Shown here in pieces: positions 10,268 to 19,019 of a stretch of 64,000 nucleotides of DNA. Source of the stretch: Longimicrobiales bacterium (GTDB lineage Bacteria; Gemmatimonadota; Gemmatimonadetes; Longimicrobiales; Gaopeijiaceae). The translations under genes were made by a program, and so were the position numbers. The notes under the pieces were generated by a model. It worked only from the letters and a program-made list of their open reading frames with translations, made no database searches and was not told where the DNA came from. The stretch covers positions 1,472,001 through 1,536,000 of the forward strand of contig CBDCNQ010000005.1 of assembly GCA_965219445.1 (NCBI GenBank), written 5' to 3'. Numbering within the stretch: position 1 is the stretch's first letter; each line of letters starts with the position of its first letter.

Positions 10268-10843
10268 TCAATGTCGGGCATCCGGGGCATCAACAAGGTA
10301 CTTCTCCCTGAAAGTGCGGCACCAGCTGAGGTAACGTCTGGCCAGCTGGGCATGCGTGCGCTGGGCCATCTTCAGGTAGACCTCGGACACTTCTTCATGT
10401 GCCGCTCGGGCCTCCGCCAGATTTCCCCAAAGGTGCGCGTGGCGGACCTGGTCGAGCCGCTCCGCCAGGGCCACCAGAACGATGTCAGACCCGCTGGCGA
10501 GCAGGTCCTCGAGAAGCGTACCGGAGCTGGAGCGGGGCACCGCGTTCCGGAAGGCCGTCACGGCGGGACTCACCCGCTTGGTGACCTCGCCATCGGGCGC
10601 CTCCAAATCCTCCCGGCGCGTATCCAGAAGACAGGCAGCTGCGAGTGCCACGGGGTCGGCCAGACCGACATCATCCAGGAGGACCACGATGGTACGGCCC
10701 GGGTGCAGGTAGTCGGGATCGTGGTCGTCATCGATGACGGCCAAGCGCGGCGCCATCGCCGCCTCGATCGCTGTCCGGATGAGATCTCTGCCTGAGCCGT
10801 CGATCCCGACGATCCGCGCCGTCCGCTCGACACGATCCGACAT
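10268..10843 (-). CDS. Degenerate RelA/SpoT-type HD-domain protein
   Basis: YLHPGRT..LAAACLLDT..LVALAERLDQVRH..EEVSEVYLKMAQR parallels the HD_4 pattern but lacks the HD dyad; GGAG RBS. Confidence 0.6.
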   Translation of the reverse strand: MSDRVERTARIVGIDGSGRDLIRTAIEAAMAPRLAVIDDDHDPDYLHPGRTIVVLLDDVGLADPVALAAACLLDTRREDLEAPDGEVTKRVSPAVTAFRNAVPRSSSGTLLEDLLASGSDIVLVALAERLDQVRHAHLWGNLAEARAAHEEVSEVYLKMAQRTHAQLARRYLSWCRTFREKYLVDAPDARH

Positions 10844-10898
10844 CAACTCCCACCTACTCGGCGGACCGGCATTCGATGTGCCGCCTGTCCCGCTCACT

Positions 10899-11483
10899 TC
10901 ATTCCTTACTCCAGGGCACGTCCGCATGCCCTGCCCGGTGGTTTTCAAGACGAGCCCACACGAAGAGTAGATCGGACAGTCGGTTGAGGTAGGGGACGAT
11001 CCCGGCGTCCAAAGACTCTTCTCGCCCCAGGGCGACCACGGCGCGTTCCGCCCGGCGGCACACCGACCGACATACATGGAGCGTCGCCGCCATCTCGGTC
11101 CCACCAGGGAGCACGAATTCCCGCAGCTCGGGAAGTTCCTCGGTGGCCTGGTCGATCCATTGCTCCATCGCCTCGACCCGATCCACGGGAACGTCGGGCG
11201 TCTGAGGCCGGGGGCGCGCATCGTCTCCCTGTGGGGTCGCGAGGTTTGCACCGAGAGCGAAAAGATCGTTCTGAATCAGTCGAAGTCCGCTCACGACGTC
11301 GGACTCGGGGAGTGAGGATTCGGGGAGTGAGGACTCGGGGAGTGAGGTGAGAGCGAGGCCGACAAACGAATTCAGCTCGTCCACCGCTCCGTAGGCTTGG
11401 ACCCGTTTGTCGTTCTTGGGCACCCGTCCACCGCCGAAGAGTGCGGTGTCGCCCTCATCCCCGGTCCTCGTGTAGATGGCCAT
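10899..11483 (-). CDS. pduO: ATP:cob(I)alamin adenosyltransferase (PduO type)
   Basis: IYTRTGDEGDT, YGAVDELNS, FVLPGG, RRAER, YLNRLSDLLF. Confidence 0.95.
   Translation of the reverse strand: MAIYTRTGDEGDTALFGGGRVPKNDKRVQAYGAVDELNSFVGLALTSLPESSLPESSLPESDVVSGLRLIQNDLFALGANLATPQGDDARPRPQTPDVPVDRVEAMEQWIDQATEELPELREFVLPGGTEMAATLHVCRSVCRRAERAVVALGREESLDAGIVPYLNRLSDLLFVWARLENHRAGHADVPWSKE
11301..11345 (-). repeat. In-frame 15-bp tandem repeat x3 inside pduO (SLPES units)
   Basis: ggactcggggagtga / ggattcggggagtga / ggactcggggagtga. Confidence 0.9.
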
Positions 11484-11487
11484 GGGA

Positions 11488-11733
11488 TCAACGCAGCCGA
11501 GTCAGATTTCGGAGCTGCTGGGCTTTGTCGAGAAGAGACGACGTGGACTTTTCGTCCTCGGGAGAGCCACCCAGCAGATCCCTCAGGTCGAGGATGACCT
11601 CCAGATAGAGCTGGTCGCGTTGGAACTCGAAGTCCAGGCGCTCCCCGCCAGCCCCCTTGGTCTCCGCACTCCGGTCCAACTCATCGCGATAGAGCTTCTC
11701 CAGGTTGTCGAGGATCCGCTGCCGATCTCTCAT
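11488..11733 (-). CDS. Small hypothetical helical protein (81 aa)
   Basis: MRDRQRILDNLEKLYRDEL..LDFEFQRDQLYLEVILDLRDLL; ATGA-coupled to the upstream hydrolase, 4 bp from pduO. Confidence 0.75.
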   Translation of the reverse strand: MRDRQRILDNLEKLYRDELDRSAETKGAGGERLDFEFQRDQLYLEVILDLRDLLGGSPEDEKSTSSLLDKAQQLRNLTRLR

Positions 11734-12371
11734 CCGATGCTCCCTCCTACGACGTCGCCTCCAAGGCCGCTTTGGAAATATTCGCTCAACACGGCCTTCA
11801 TCTCGTCGATGTGTCCGTCGAAGTAATGGTCCCCTCCCGCGATTCTTGCCAGGGTCACGTGGGATCCCAAGGCGGCTACCACCGCCTCCACTTCTGGACC
11901 TGAGCCAAATTCGTCTTCCTCCCCCTGAATCACGAGGATGGGCTTGGCGACATCCGCAAGAAATCGGAAGTCGTACATCCGAACGGGAAGCCCCAGGCCG
12001 AAGAGCGCGACGGCCCGGGGATCGTCCGCCGCCGCCGAGAACGCGACCATCGAACCGAACGAAAAGCCGCCCACCACGAGCGGCATGCCGGGATACCGTT
12101 CTTCGAGCCAATCCAGCGCGGCCAGCACATCCTCTCTCTCACCGAATCCTTGGTCATAACTGCCGGTGCTGGTCCCCACGCCGCGGAAGTTGAAACGCAG
12201 GGCTGCGATCTTCACATCCGCCAGAGCCTGCGCGGCCCGGAACACGGCCGTCGTGTGCATGGTCCCACCCTGAAGAGGGTGGGGGTGACAGACGACACCG
12301 GCGCCCCTCAACGTGCCTGGGGGCTCCCGGTAAGCCACCTCCAAATGCCCATGGGGGGCGGGAATGTTCAC
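11730..12371 (-). CDS. Alpha/beta hydrolase
   Basis: CHPHPLQGGTM, RFNFRGVG, GFSFG, GEEDEF, DHYF. Confidence 0.93.
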   Translation of the reverse strand: MNIPAPHGHLEVAYREPPGTLRGAGVVCHPHPLQGGTMHTTAVFRAAQALADVKIAALRFNFRGVGTSTGSYDQGFGEREDVLAALDWLEERYPGMPLVVGGFSFGSMVAFSAAADDPRAVALFGLGLPVRMYDFRFLADVAKPILVIQGEEDEFGSGPEVEAVVAALGSHVTLARIAGGDHYFDGHIDEMKAVLSEYFQSGLGGDVVGGSIG

Positions 12372-12475
12372 GTGCGTCTCCTACTTCCCTGGCCCTCTTC
12401 TCGCCCGGGCCCAGCCGCCTCGCTATCTTTGGCCCCCGTGCTCGAACGGATTTCTCAGGGACACCACAACGTTCA

Positions 12476-12964
12476 ATGCCATCCAAGAAAAGCGACGACC
12501 AGAAGCTCGCGGATCAAGCCAACGAATTGTACTGGCGGTCGGGCCAAAGCGTGAATCAGATCGCCGAGGCGATGGACCTCTCCAAGAGTGGCCTGTACGC
12601 GTTGATCCGCCCACTGCCCGCCAAGCATGATTGTCCAGAATGCGGAGCGGGGCTCGTCTTTTCCAACCGCACCACCGCGCACAAGGCGATCGGGTCGTGT
12701 CCTGAGTGCAAGTACGAGTGCGTGTGCGAAGCCCCGAAGCCGGGCTCCGAGGTGAAGGCGTCCAAGCGGCGGCCCGTTCGCAGGCCGACCCCCTCCGCCC
12801 AACCCGATGGGGGGGCGGCGAGCGACCTCGAGACCGGAGCCGGGGACGCCGCCGTACTCGAGACGAACGGCCGCCGCCCCCTGAGATCGAATCGGATCCT
12901 GTGGGCGTCGGTGCTCCTGGGGGTGGCCGCCGGGCTATATGTGACCACCCGCCGCTCCCGCTGA
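12476..12964 (+). CDS. Hypothetical protein: N-terminal HTH, zinc ribbon, C-terminal TM anchor
   Basis: SVNQIAEAMDLSKSGLYALI; CPEC..CPEC..CVC; ILWASVLLGVAAGLYV. Confidence 0.75.
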   Translation: MPSKKSDDQKLADQANELYWRSGQSVNQIAEAMDLSKSGLYALIRPLPAKHDCPECGAGLVFSNRTTAHKAIGSCPECKYECVCEAPKPGSEVKASKRRPVRRPTPSAQPDGGAASDLETGAGDAAVLETNGRRPLRSNRILWASVLLGVAAGLYVTTRRSR

Positions 12965-12998
12965 TCGGGCGGCGCACAACCGATTCTACGAACGACCC

Positions 12999-13736
12999 AT
13001 GGACGCCGCGAGTGTTTCCCTGCCTTTCGCGTTCTTCGCAGGCTTGGTCTCGTTCCTGTCACCGTGCGTGCTTCCCGTAGTGCCGGCTTACGTGTCCTTC
13101 GTCTCCGGCCTCACGATGGATGAGTTGTCCGATGGCTCCACGGCCGCCGCGCGACGCACCGCCGTGCTCCACGCGGTGCTCTTCATCCTCGGCTTCCTTC
13201 TGGTCTTCATGACTCTGGGTGCGTCCGCCACGGCCGCCGGCCAAGCCTTCAATCGATTTCTTCCCACCCTCACCCGCGTGGGAGGCGTGGTCGTCATCCT
13301 CCTCGGGATTCTGCTCCTCGACTGGGTTCGGCTCCCGCCGCTGGCTCGGGACGTCCGCATCCACCTCAGGTCCAAGCCCTCGGGCGCAGCCGGCTCCGTG
13401 GTCGTGGGACTCGTGTTCGGAGCCGGATGGACGCCCTGCATCGGTCCCATCCTGGCCACGATCCTTCTCTACGCCTCGATGGAGGCCACCGTCGCGCGAG
13501 GCACCGTCCTGCTGGCCATGTACGGCCTAGGGCTCGGCGTTCCGTTCCTGGTTGCCGCCATCGGATTCAGCTGGTTTCTTACGAGTCTGGAGACGTTGCG
13601 CAGTTGGGCCCGGCCAATTCAGAGGTTCGCCGGGATCCTTTTGGTCGTGATCGGCGTTCTTCTCCTTACCGGTGAGTTTGCCGCCGTCTCGGCATCGCTT
13701 GCGGACCTCGGGCAATGGATCGACCTGGAATTGTGA
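12999..13736 (+). CDS. ccdA: Cytochrome c biogenesis protein CcdA
   Basis: SFLSPCVLP and GWTPCIGPIL motifs, multiple TM segments. Confidence 0.93.
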   Translation: MDAASVSLPFAFFAGLVSFLSPCVLPVVPAYVSFVSGLTMDELSDGSTAAARRTAVLHAVLFILGFLLVFMTLGASATAAGQAFNRFLPTLTRVGGVVVILLGILLLDWVRLPPLARDVRIHLRSKPSGAAGSVVVGLVFGAGWTPCIGPILATILLYASMEATVARGTVLLAMYGLGLGVPFLVAAIGFSWFLTSLETLRSWARPIQRFAGILLVVIGVLLLTGEFAAVSASLADLGQWIDLEL

Positions 13737-14560
13737 TGAACCGAATTCACTCCACGCACCGGGTGACGCCGATGAACCGTCGATTCGTATCGCGGCTTCT
13801 GCTCACCGTATTGGTCACGCACGGAGCCGCGGCAGCGTGTACATCGGGCGGAGCCGATTCTGACGAGCAGGTCAGCGCGCGCCTCAGCACGGGGGCCGCC
13901 GGTGAGCTCCTTTCCAGTGGATTTACGCCCTCCGAGTCGAGGAGCACTGGCTTCGAAGCGCTCATGCGGCCGGCGCCCACGGGACCCCCCCCGGGGGAGC
14001 TGACGGCTGATTCCCTCGGCGTCGATTTTGGAACGTCCGAGGCACCACTTCGGTTGGTCGAGTTCTTCGACTACGGTTGCGGCTACTGCCGAGGGTTTCA
14101 CCAAGACACGCGCGGACCGCTCCTCGAAGAGTACGTGGATCCGGGGCAGATTTTCTGGAAATCGATCCCGTTCATCATCGGAAATTGGCCGGCATCGTTG
14201 CCCGTGTCGCTCGCGGCCGAGTGTGCGAGAGCCCAAGGACGGGATTATTTCGAGGCGATTTCCAACCTCATCTTCGAACATCAGAGCGAGTGGAAGGCCA
14301 GTGCCACCCCTGAGGAGCTGGCGGAGGGCTACGCCGTGGACGTGGGGCTCGATATGCCCAGATACCGGACTTGTTTCGAGAACGACGAGCTTCTGTGGAG
14401 GGTGCAGGCACAGACCCGCTGGGCGACGGACCTCGGTATCCGAGGCACGCCCACCTTCTTTATCGTCGGCTTCGGTCCGATCCAGGGCGCGCTGCCATTG
14501 GACACGTTCCGGGAGGTCTTCGACACCCTGCTCGTCGATGTAGCCGCCGAGCAGCCTTGA
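13736..14560 (+). CDS. DsbA-family thioredoxin-fold lipoprotein
   Basis: EFFDYGCGYC, GIRGTPTF, lipobox-like AAAC; start 13736 or 13772. Confidence 0.9.
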   Translation: MNRIHSTHRVTPMNRRFVSRLLLTVLVTHGAAAACTSGGADSDEQVSARLSTGAAGELLSSGFTPSESRSTGFEALMRPAPTGPPPGELTADSLGVDFGTSEAPLRLVEFFDYGCGYCRGFHQDTRGPLLEEYVDPGQIFWKSIPFIIGNWPASLPVSLAAECARAQGRDYFEAISNLIFEHQSEWKASATPEELAEGYAVDVGLDMPRYRTCFENDELLWRVQAQTRWATDLGIRGTPTFFIVGFGPIQGALPLDTFREVFDTLLVDVAAEQP

Positions 14561-15495
14561 CCAAGAGGCCGTATCTCGGTGCTCTGGTCCGGGCTATCAG
14601 ACGGGCCGCGTGGATGACGCTACCCGCGGTCACGGCCTGCGGACACTACTTCGCCGACGGACCGGAGTGCCGTCCGGTCGGATCGGCCGTTGCCCTCCCT
14701 GGCAGCCTCAGCGAGACGAGCGGCGTCGCCGCGAGCATTCTGAACCCGGCCCTGGTCTGGACACACAACGACGGGGGCCGTGGATCCTTCCTCTACGCGC
14801 TCGACCGCGAGGGTCAGCTCCGAGCCCGCGTCGAATTGAATCAGCGCAACCGTGACTGGGAGGACATCGCTCGTGCACGTTGCGATCTCGGCGCCTGCCT
14901 TTATGTGGCGAACACCGGCGACAACTCGGAGCGCAGGGACATCATCTCCTTTTACCGGCTAGCCGAGCCCGAGGGAGTCGGTGAGTCGAACGTGGACGCG
15001 GACGGGAATGTGGATACCGACCAGAGCGTGGAGGCGGAGCGTTACAGGATGGTGCTCCCCGACGGACCCCGTGATATCGAGGCGATGTACGTCCTGCCTA
15101 CCGAGCAGATCTTCTTTGTCACCAAGGGAAGAAATCATCCGGTCTCGGTCTATCGTTATCCGTCGCCGCTCCGCTCCGAGGACATCGTCACCTTGGTCGA
15201 AGTTCAGCGCCTCACGTCCGCTCCCGTGACCCTAGCACGCATGGTCACCGGCGCATCGGCAACACTCGGCGGAGACATCGTCGCCATCCGCACATATGAG
15301 AGCCTCGAGTTCTTTGATGTCACCGAGGGAGAGCAACTCCTCAAGAGCAGCCTGGGGCGCGTCAATCTTCGGACGCTCCGGGAGCCCCAGGGGGAGGGCG
15401 TCGCGTTCGGTGCCGACGGAGCGGTCATCCTGACCTCGGAGGCCGTGTTGGGGTCGAGCCCCTCGGTAACGTTCCTGAGCTGCAATCTGAACTGA
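14557..15495 (+). CDS. Hypothetical lipoprotein, probable beta-propeller
   Basis: SETSGVAAS..WTHNDGG..DWEDIA..GDN..DIEA..QGEGVAF; TTG start overlaps the dsbA stop. Confidence 0.75.
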   Translation: MTKRPYLGALVRAIRRAAWMTLPAVTACGHYFADGPECRPVGSAVALPGSLSETSGVAASILNPALVWTHNDGGRGSFLYALDREGQLRARVELNQRNRDWEDIARARCDLGACLYVANTGDNSERRDIISFYRLAEPEGVGESNVDADGNVDTDQSVEAERYRMVLPDGPRDIEAMYVLPTEQIFFVTKGRNHPVSVYRYPSPLRSEDIVTLVEVQRLTSAPVTLARMVTGASATLGGDIVAIRTYESLEFFDVTEGEQLLKSSLGRVNLRTLREPQGEGVAFGADGAVILTSEAVLGSSPSVTFLSCNLN

Positions 15496-15521
15496 GGCGC
15501 GCTCGATCAGCGTAGCCCTGC

Positions 15522-15569
15522 TTGACGCTCAGAGGTACCCGGGCTATTGTAGTTGCATATTACAACTAC
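15522..15569 (+). promoter_or_regulatory. Sigma70-like promoter with overlapping palindromic operator upstream of arsM
   Basis: TTGACG-N17-TATTGT, then GTAGTTG-N7-CAACTAC (15549-15569). Confidence 0.7.
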
Positions 15570-15595
15570 TAACCTCATGGAAAGAGGCCAGAACC

Positions 15596-16441
15596 ATGAA
15601 TAAGGACGCCATTCGTGAGGCGGTCCGTGAGCGTTACGCCCGCGTCGCTGAGGGCACCGAGGGGGGTTGCTGCGGAACATCCTGTTGCGGGGATTCGGAA
15701 AAGACGTCCTCAGCCACGCCCCAAGGCGTGGAGGCTCTCCCCTCCACGACCGTCGGATACGATGAGGAGCAGTTGGGCAAGATCCCAGAGGGAGCAGACC
15801 TCGGCCTGGGCTCCGGCAACCCGGTGGCTCACGCCGACCTCCAAGAAGGTGAGACGGTCCTGGACTTGGGCTCCGGGGGAGGGATCGACAGCTTTCTCGC
15901 CTCCTTGAAAGTCGGACCCTCGGGGAAGGTCATCGGTGTGGATATGACGCCCGAAATGGTCACACGGGCTCGCGGCAACGCTCGAAAGGGAGGGTACGTG
16001 AACGTCGATTTCCGCCTCGGCGAGATCGAGTCGCTGCCCGTAGCCGACGCCACGGTCGACGTGATCATCTCGAACTGCGTGTTGAACCTTTCCCCCGAGC
16101 GGGATCGGGTACTGACCGAAGCGCTCCGGGTCTTGAAGCCCGGCGGCCGGCTCGTGATCTCGGACCTCGTGTGCGACGTTGCGGTCCCGGCGCAGCTCCG
16201 TGAGGAAGCCGACGCGGTCACCGCCTGCCTGCCTGTGGAACGGGAGGACTACATGGGTCAGCTCCGAGCGGCAGGATTCGTCGATGTGAGGATATCGGCG
16301 GGTCAGCCTTATCCTCGCGGAACGGCGTCCTCGACCCCCATCGGACAAAGGATCGCCGACGAAGAGCCGGAGCTCGCCAACTCCCTCGAGGCTTTCGCGG
16401 ACTCGGTCAGGGGAGTGATCATCGAGGGACGGCGGCGCTGA
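15596..16441 (+). CDS. arsM: Arsenite S-adenosylmethionine methyltransferase
   Basis: N-terminal CC..CC, LGLGSGNP (usually GCGNP), VLDLGSGGGID, GVDMTPEM, ISNCVLNL. Confidence 0.88.
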   Translation: MNKDAIREAVRERYARVAEGTEGGCCGTSCCGDSEKTSSATPQGVEALPSTTVGYDEEQLGKIPEGADLGLGSGNPVAHADLQEGETVLDLGSGGGIDSFLASLKVGPSGKVIGVDMTPEMVTRARGNARKGGYVNVDFRLGEIESLPVADATVDVIISNCVLNLSPERDRVLTEALRVLKPGGRLVISDLVCDVAVPAQLREEADAVTACLPVEREDYMGQLRAAGFVDVRISAGQPYPRGTASSTPIGQRIADEEPELANSLEAFADSVRGVIIEGRRR

Positions 16442-16578
16442 TCACCCCGGGGGCTGGACGCACGAGCCTCCGTACTCGATGTTGACGAAGAGTCCGTGTC
16501 GGCTCGCCACCGTTGGCGTGCCGGTGAGGCCAATGCTCCGTAACCATCGATGGACACCTCCGGGAATTGGAGAGTCGA

Positions 16579-17313
16579 ATGAAGCCGTCCGTTACCTCAC
16601 GTTTGTGCATGCTCGCAGCATTCCTCGGCATGGCGGCGCCCGCCCTTCTCTCCGGGCAAGTTGCCGATCCCGATCCAACTCGCTTCGCCGAGAAGATGGC
16701 GGAGTTCGCGGCGTATGACGCCATGAACAGCTTCCCCGCCAATGCCACGGTCTTCGTCGGCAGCTCGAGCGTGGTGCGCTGGAACACCGCAGACGGTCTT
16801 CCCGGGATCCCGCTCATCAACCGAGGCTTCGGCGGCTCTCAGATGTCGGACCTGGTCTATTGGGTTGATGAAGCCGTCCTCAAGTACACCCCGAGGACCG
16901 TCGTCGTCTACGAGGGCGACAACGACTCAGGCGCCGGCAAACGGAGCGAGCAGATCCTGGAGGACTACAAGGAGTTCGTCGAGGCGGTCCTTACGGCCCA
17001 ACCATCCACACGCATCGTAATCATGTCGATTAAGCCCAGTCTGCGCCGTTGGAACGTGTGGTCCGAGATGCAAGCCTCGAACGCGGCCCTCGAGGCGTAC
17101 GCTAACGAAGACGCTCGCGTCGACTTCGTCGACGTCGGCACGGACATGCTCGGGGCGGATGGTCTGCCGATTGCCGAGTATTTGGTCGACGACGGACTGC
17201 ACATGACGCCCGCCGGATACGTCGTCTGGAACAGGATCGTGGGGGAGGCGCTGATGCATGGGCCTATGAGCGGGATGCACATGCGCATGCACGGTCAGGG
17301 GGCCGGCCACTAG
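16579..17313 (+). CDS. Secreted SGNH/GDSL hydrolase
   Basis: Signal peptide; FVGSSS, NRGFGGS, YEGDND, DGLH; His/Met-rich tail. Confidence 0.9.
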   Translation: MKPSVTSRLCMLAAFLGMAAPALLSGQVADPDPTRFAEKMAEFAAYDAMNSFPANATVFVGSSSVVRWNTADGLPGIPLINRGFGGSQMSDLVYWVDEAVLKYTPRTVVVYEGDNDSGAGKRSEQILEDYKEFVEAVLTAQPSTRIVIMSIKPSLRRWNVWSEMQASNAALEAYANEDARVDFVDVGTDMLGADGLPIAEYLVDDGLHMTPAGYVVWNRIVGEALMHGPMSGMHMRMHGQGAGH

Positions 17314-18050
17314 GCACCCCCGTCGGACCCGCTCCCCAGATAGCGTAGGAAAACGGAGGCGAGCTCGCTCGCCAGTTGCTGGTCTTCGATGCCGTCGGGG
17401 CGGTCTCCCCAGGCGAAGATGAATCGGCTTCTGAGTGTGGCGAACACCTGAAGCGTGGCGAGCCGGATGGCCCGCTCCGGGTCGTCGTGGGTGTACTGCT
17501 CAGCCCGGGGCAGCAGAAGCCCAATCAGATGATCCGCGACGGTGTTGTCCAGCTCCGCCGTCTGGTCCAAGAGATCGTAGCCCTCGTACGTCATCGCGTG
17601 GATCAGGAATGCACGGAGCAGGGCCCCGTGAGCGTGCATCCATACGACCGCCATTCGGGTGAACTGCGTCACGATCTCCCTCGGACCGGCCGCCTCCCAT
17701 CGGCGCGGCGAGAGTACGCCGGCCCAGCCCTCCTCGGCGTCGGACCGAAATCGGATAGCAAGGTACGCGAGTAGCGCGTCCCTTCCGTCAAAGCGCGCGT
17801 AGAACGTCCCCGAGCCGACCCCGGAGCGCAGTAGGATCCCCTGAACCGTCGCCCCCTCCAGGCCGGACTCCGCGATGAGGTCCTGAGCGGCGGTGATCAT
17901 GCGTTCGAACGAGGCGTGGCTTCGGGGTTGCCGAGGAAGTCGCACGCCCGGCGGGGGAGCCGTCTCGTCCAGCCGAGAGGAGGGCTCCTCTCGGGAGGCA
18001 CTTTCGGTTCTCGCGTTTCCTTGCGCCGCTCGCTCGATGGCTCCCTCCAT
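17310..18050 (-). CDS. TetR/AcrR family regulator
   Basis: PRQPRSHASFERMITAA..ATVQGILLRSGVGSGTFYARF. Confidence 0.9.
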   Translation of the reverse strand: MEGAIERAAQGNARTESASREEPSSRLDETAPPPGVRLPRQPRSHASFERMITAAQDLIAESGLEGATVQGILLRSGVGSGTFYARFDGRDALLAYLAIRFRSDAEEGWAGVLSPRRWEAAGPREIVTQFTRMAVVWMHAHGALLRAFLIHAMTYEGYDLLDQTAELDNTVADHLIGLLLPRAEQYTHDDPERAIRLATLQVFATLRSRFIFAWGDRPDGIEDQQLASELASVFLRYLGSGSDGGA

Positions 18051-18144
18051 GCCTCCCTCGGTGGCTCCCTTCGTGGCTTCGCCAGCTCACCCGGATTCGA
18101 ACGGGAGCCAGCACGTCCGCGGGTTCCCTTTGAAGCAGTTATAT

Positions 18145-18162
18145 GAATTTGAATTCAAATTC
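18145..18162. promoter_or_regulatory. Perfect 18-bp palindrome, likely TetR operator
   Basis: GAATTTGAATTCAAATTC in an AT-rich patch about 95 bp upstream of TetR 18050. Confidence 0.7.
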
Positions 18163-18202
18163 CAATAAGGTGCAAAACTGCTCGCTCCGCAAGGATTTAC
18201 GA

Positions 18203-18847
18203 TCAACTCCAGATGTCGAAGAACTCCACACTTGCCGCGGGAGGGGGAGGAGACGGTCGATCCCCCACGAGGTGCGAGACCAGCGCGGTGCACAGATCCT
18301 CGAGGAACGCCGGCTCGGAGAGGTGGGCTGAGGCCTCCAGTGTTCGACTGACCGTCTCCACGGCCAACTCAGGGTCGGAGTGAACAATCTCATCCCGCTT
18401 TTGGAGAAGCAGATGCGTCGAATCCTCCCGCACACGGGCCCGAATCCGTGACGCTGCATCCGATGGGCCGGCGCCGGGGCCTCGCAGCGCCTGCCCGATC
18501 GCATCTCTGGCACCCCGGTGCACGAGCTCCAGATCCGCATAGAGCCTCGCCAAACCCCGTACCAACTCTTCGATCTGGCGGTCGGCCAAGCCCTCGTTGA
18601 TGGCTTGAGACCACTGCTGCTCGACGGACTCCCAGATACGCTCATCCAGATAGACGAGCAGATCGCTCTTTCCCTCGAAGCGGGCATAGAAGGAGCCCAC
18701 CGACGATCCCGCTCGTCTGGCGATGGCCCCGACCGTGGTGGCCTCCACGCCGTTTTGTGCGATCAGCTCCAGGGCGGCGCGTGCGATGCGCTGTAGGGTC
18801 CGGCGACTCCGGTGCTGCTTCGGTGCTCTAGCTGTGGCCGTTTCCAT
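18203..18847 (-). CDS. TetR/AcrR family regulator
   Basis: PKQHRSRRTLQRIARAA..TTVGAIARRAGSSVGSFYARF. Confidence 0.9.
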   Translation of the reverse strand: METATARAPKQHRSRRTLQRIARAALELIAQNGVEATTVGAIARRAGSSVGSFYARFEGKSDLLVYLDERIWESVEQQWSQAINEGLADRQIEELVRGLARLYADLELVHRGARDAIGQALRGPGAGPSDAASRIRARVREDSTHLLLQKRDEIVHSDPELAVETVSRTLEASAHLSEPAFLEDLCTALVSHLVGDRPSPPPPAASVEFFDIWS

Positions 18848-18902
18848 GGCGTCCTGCTGAGCGGCTGCCCTCCCGGCGGGCGCTTACCTAAGTACGATAA
18901 AC

Positions 18903-18918
18903 TAGAATGAGAGTTCTA
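18903..18918. promoter_or_regulatory. Imperfect palindrome upstream of the second TetR
   Basis: TAGAA-TGAGAG-TTCTA. Confidence 0.45.
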
Positions 18919-19019
18919 AATAACCCAGTAGCATCGGAGTTGGCAAGGTGGCGTGTGGTAGGGTCGGGCTCGCACGCTTCGCTTGTGCTGGAGCTCTAGC
19001 CGATTTGGTCGGTGCGACC

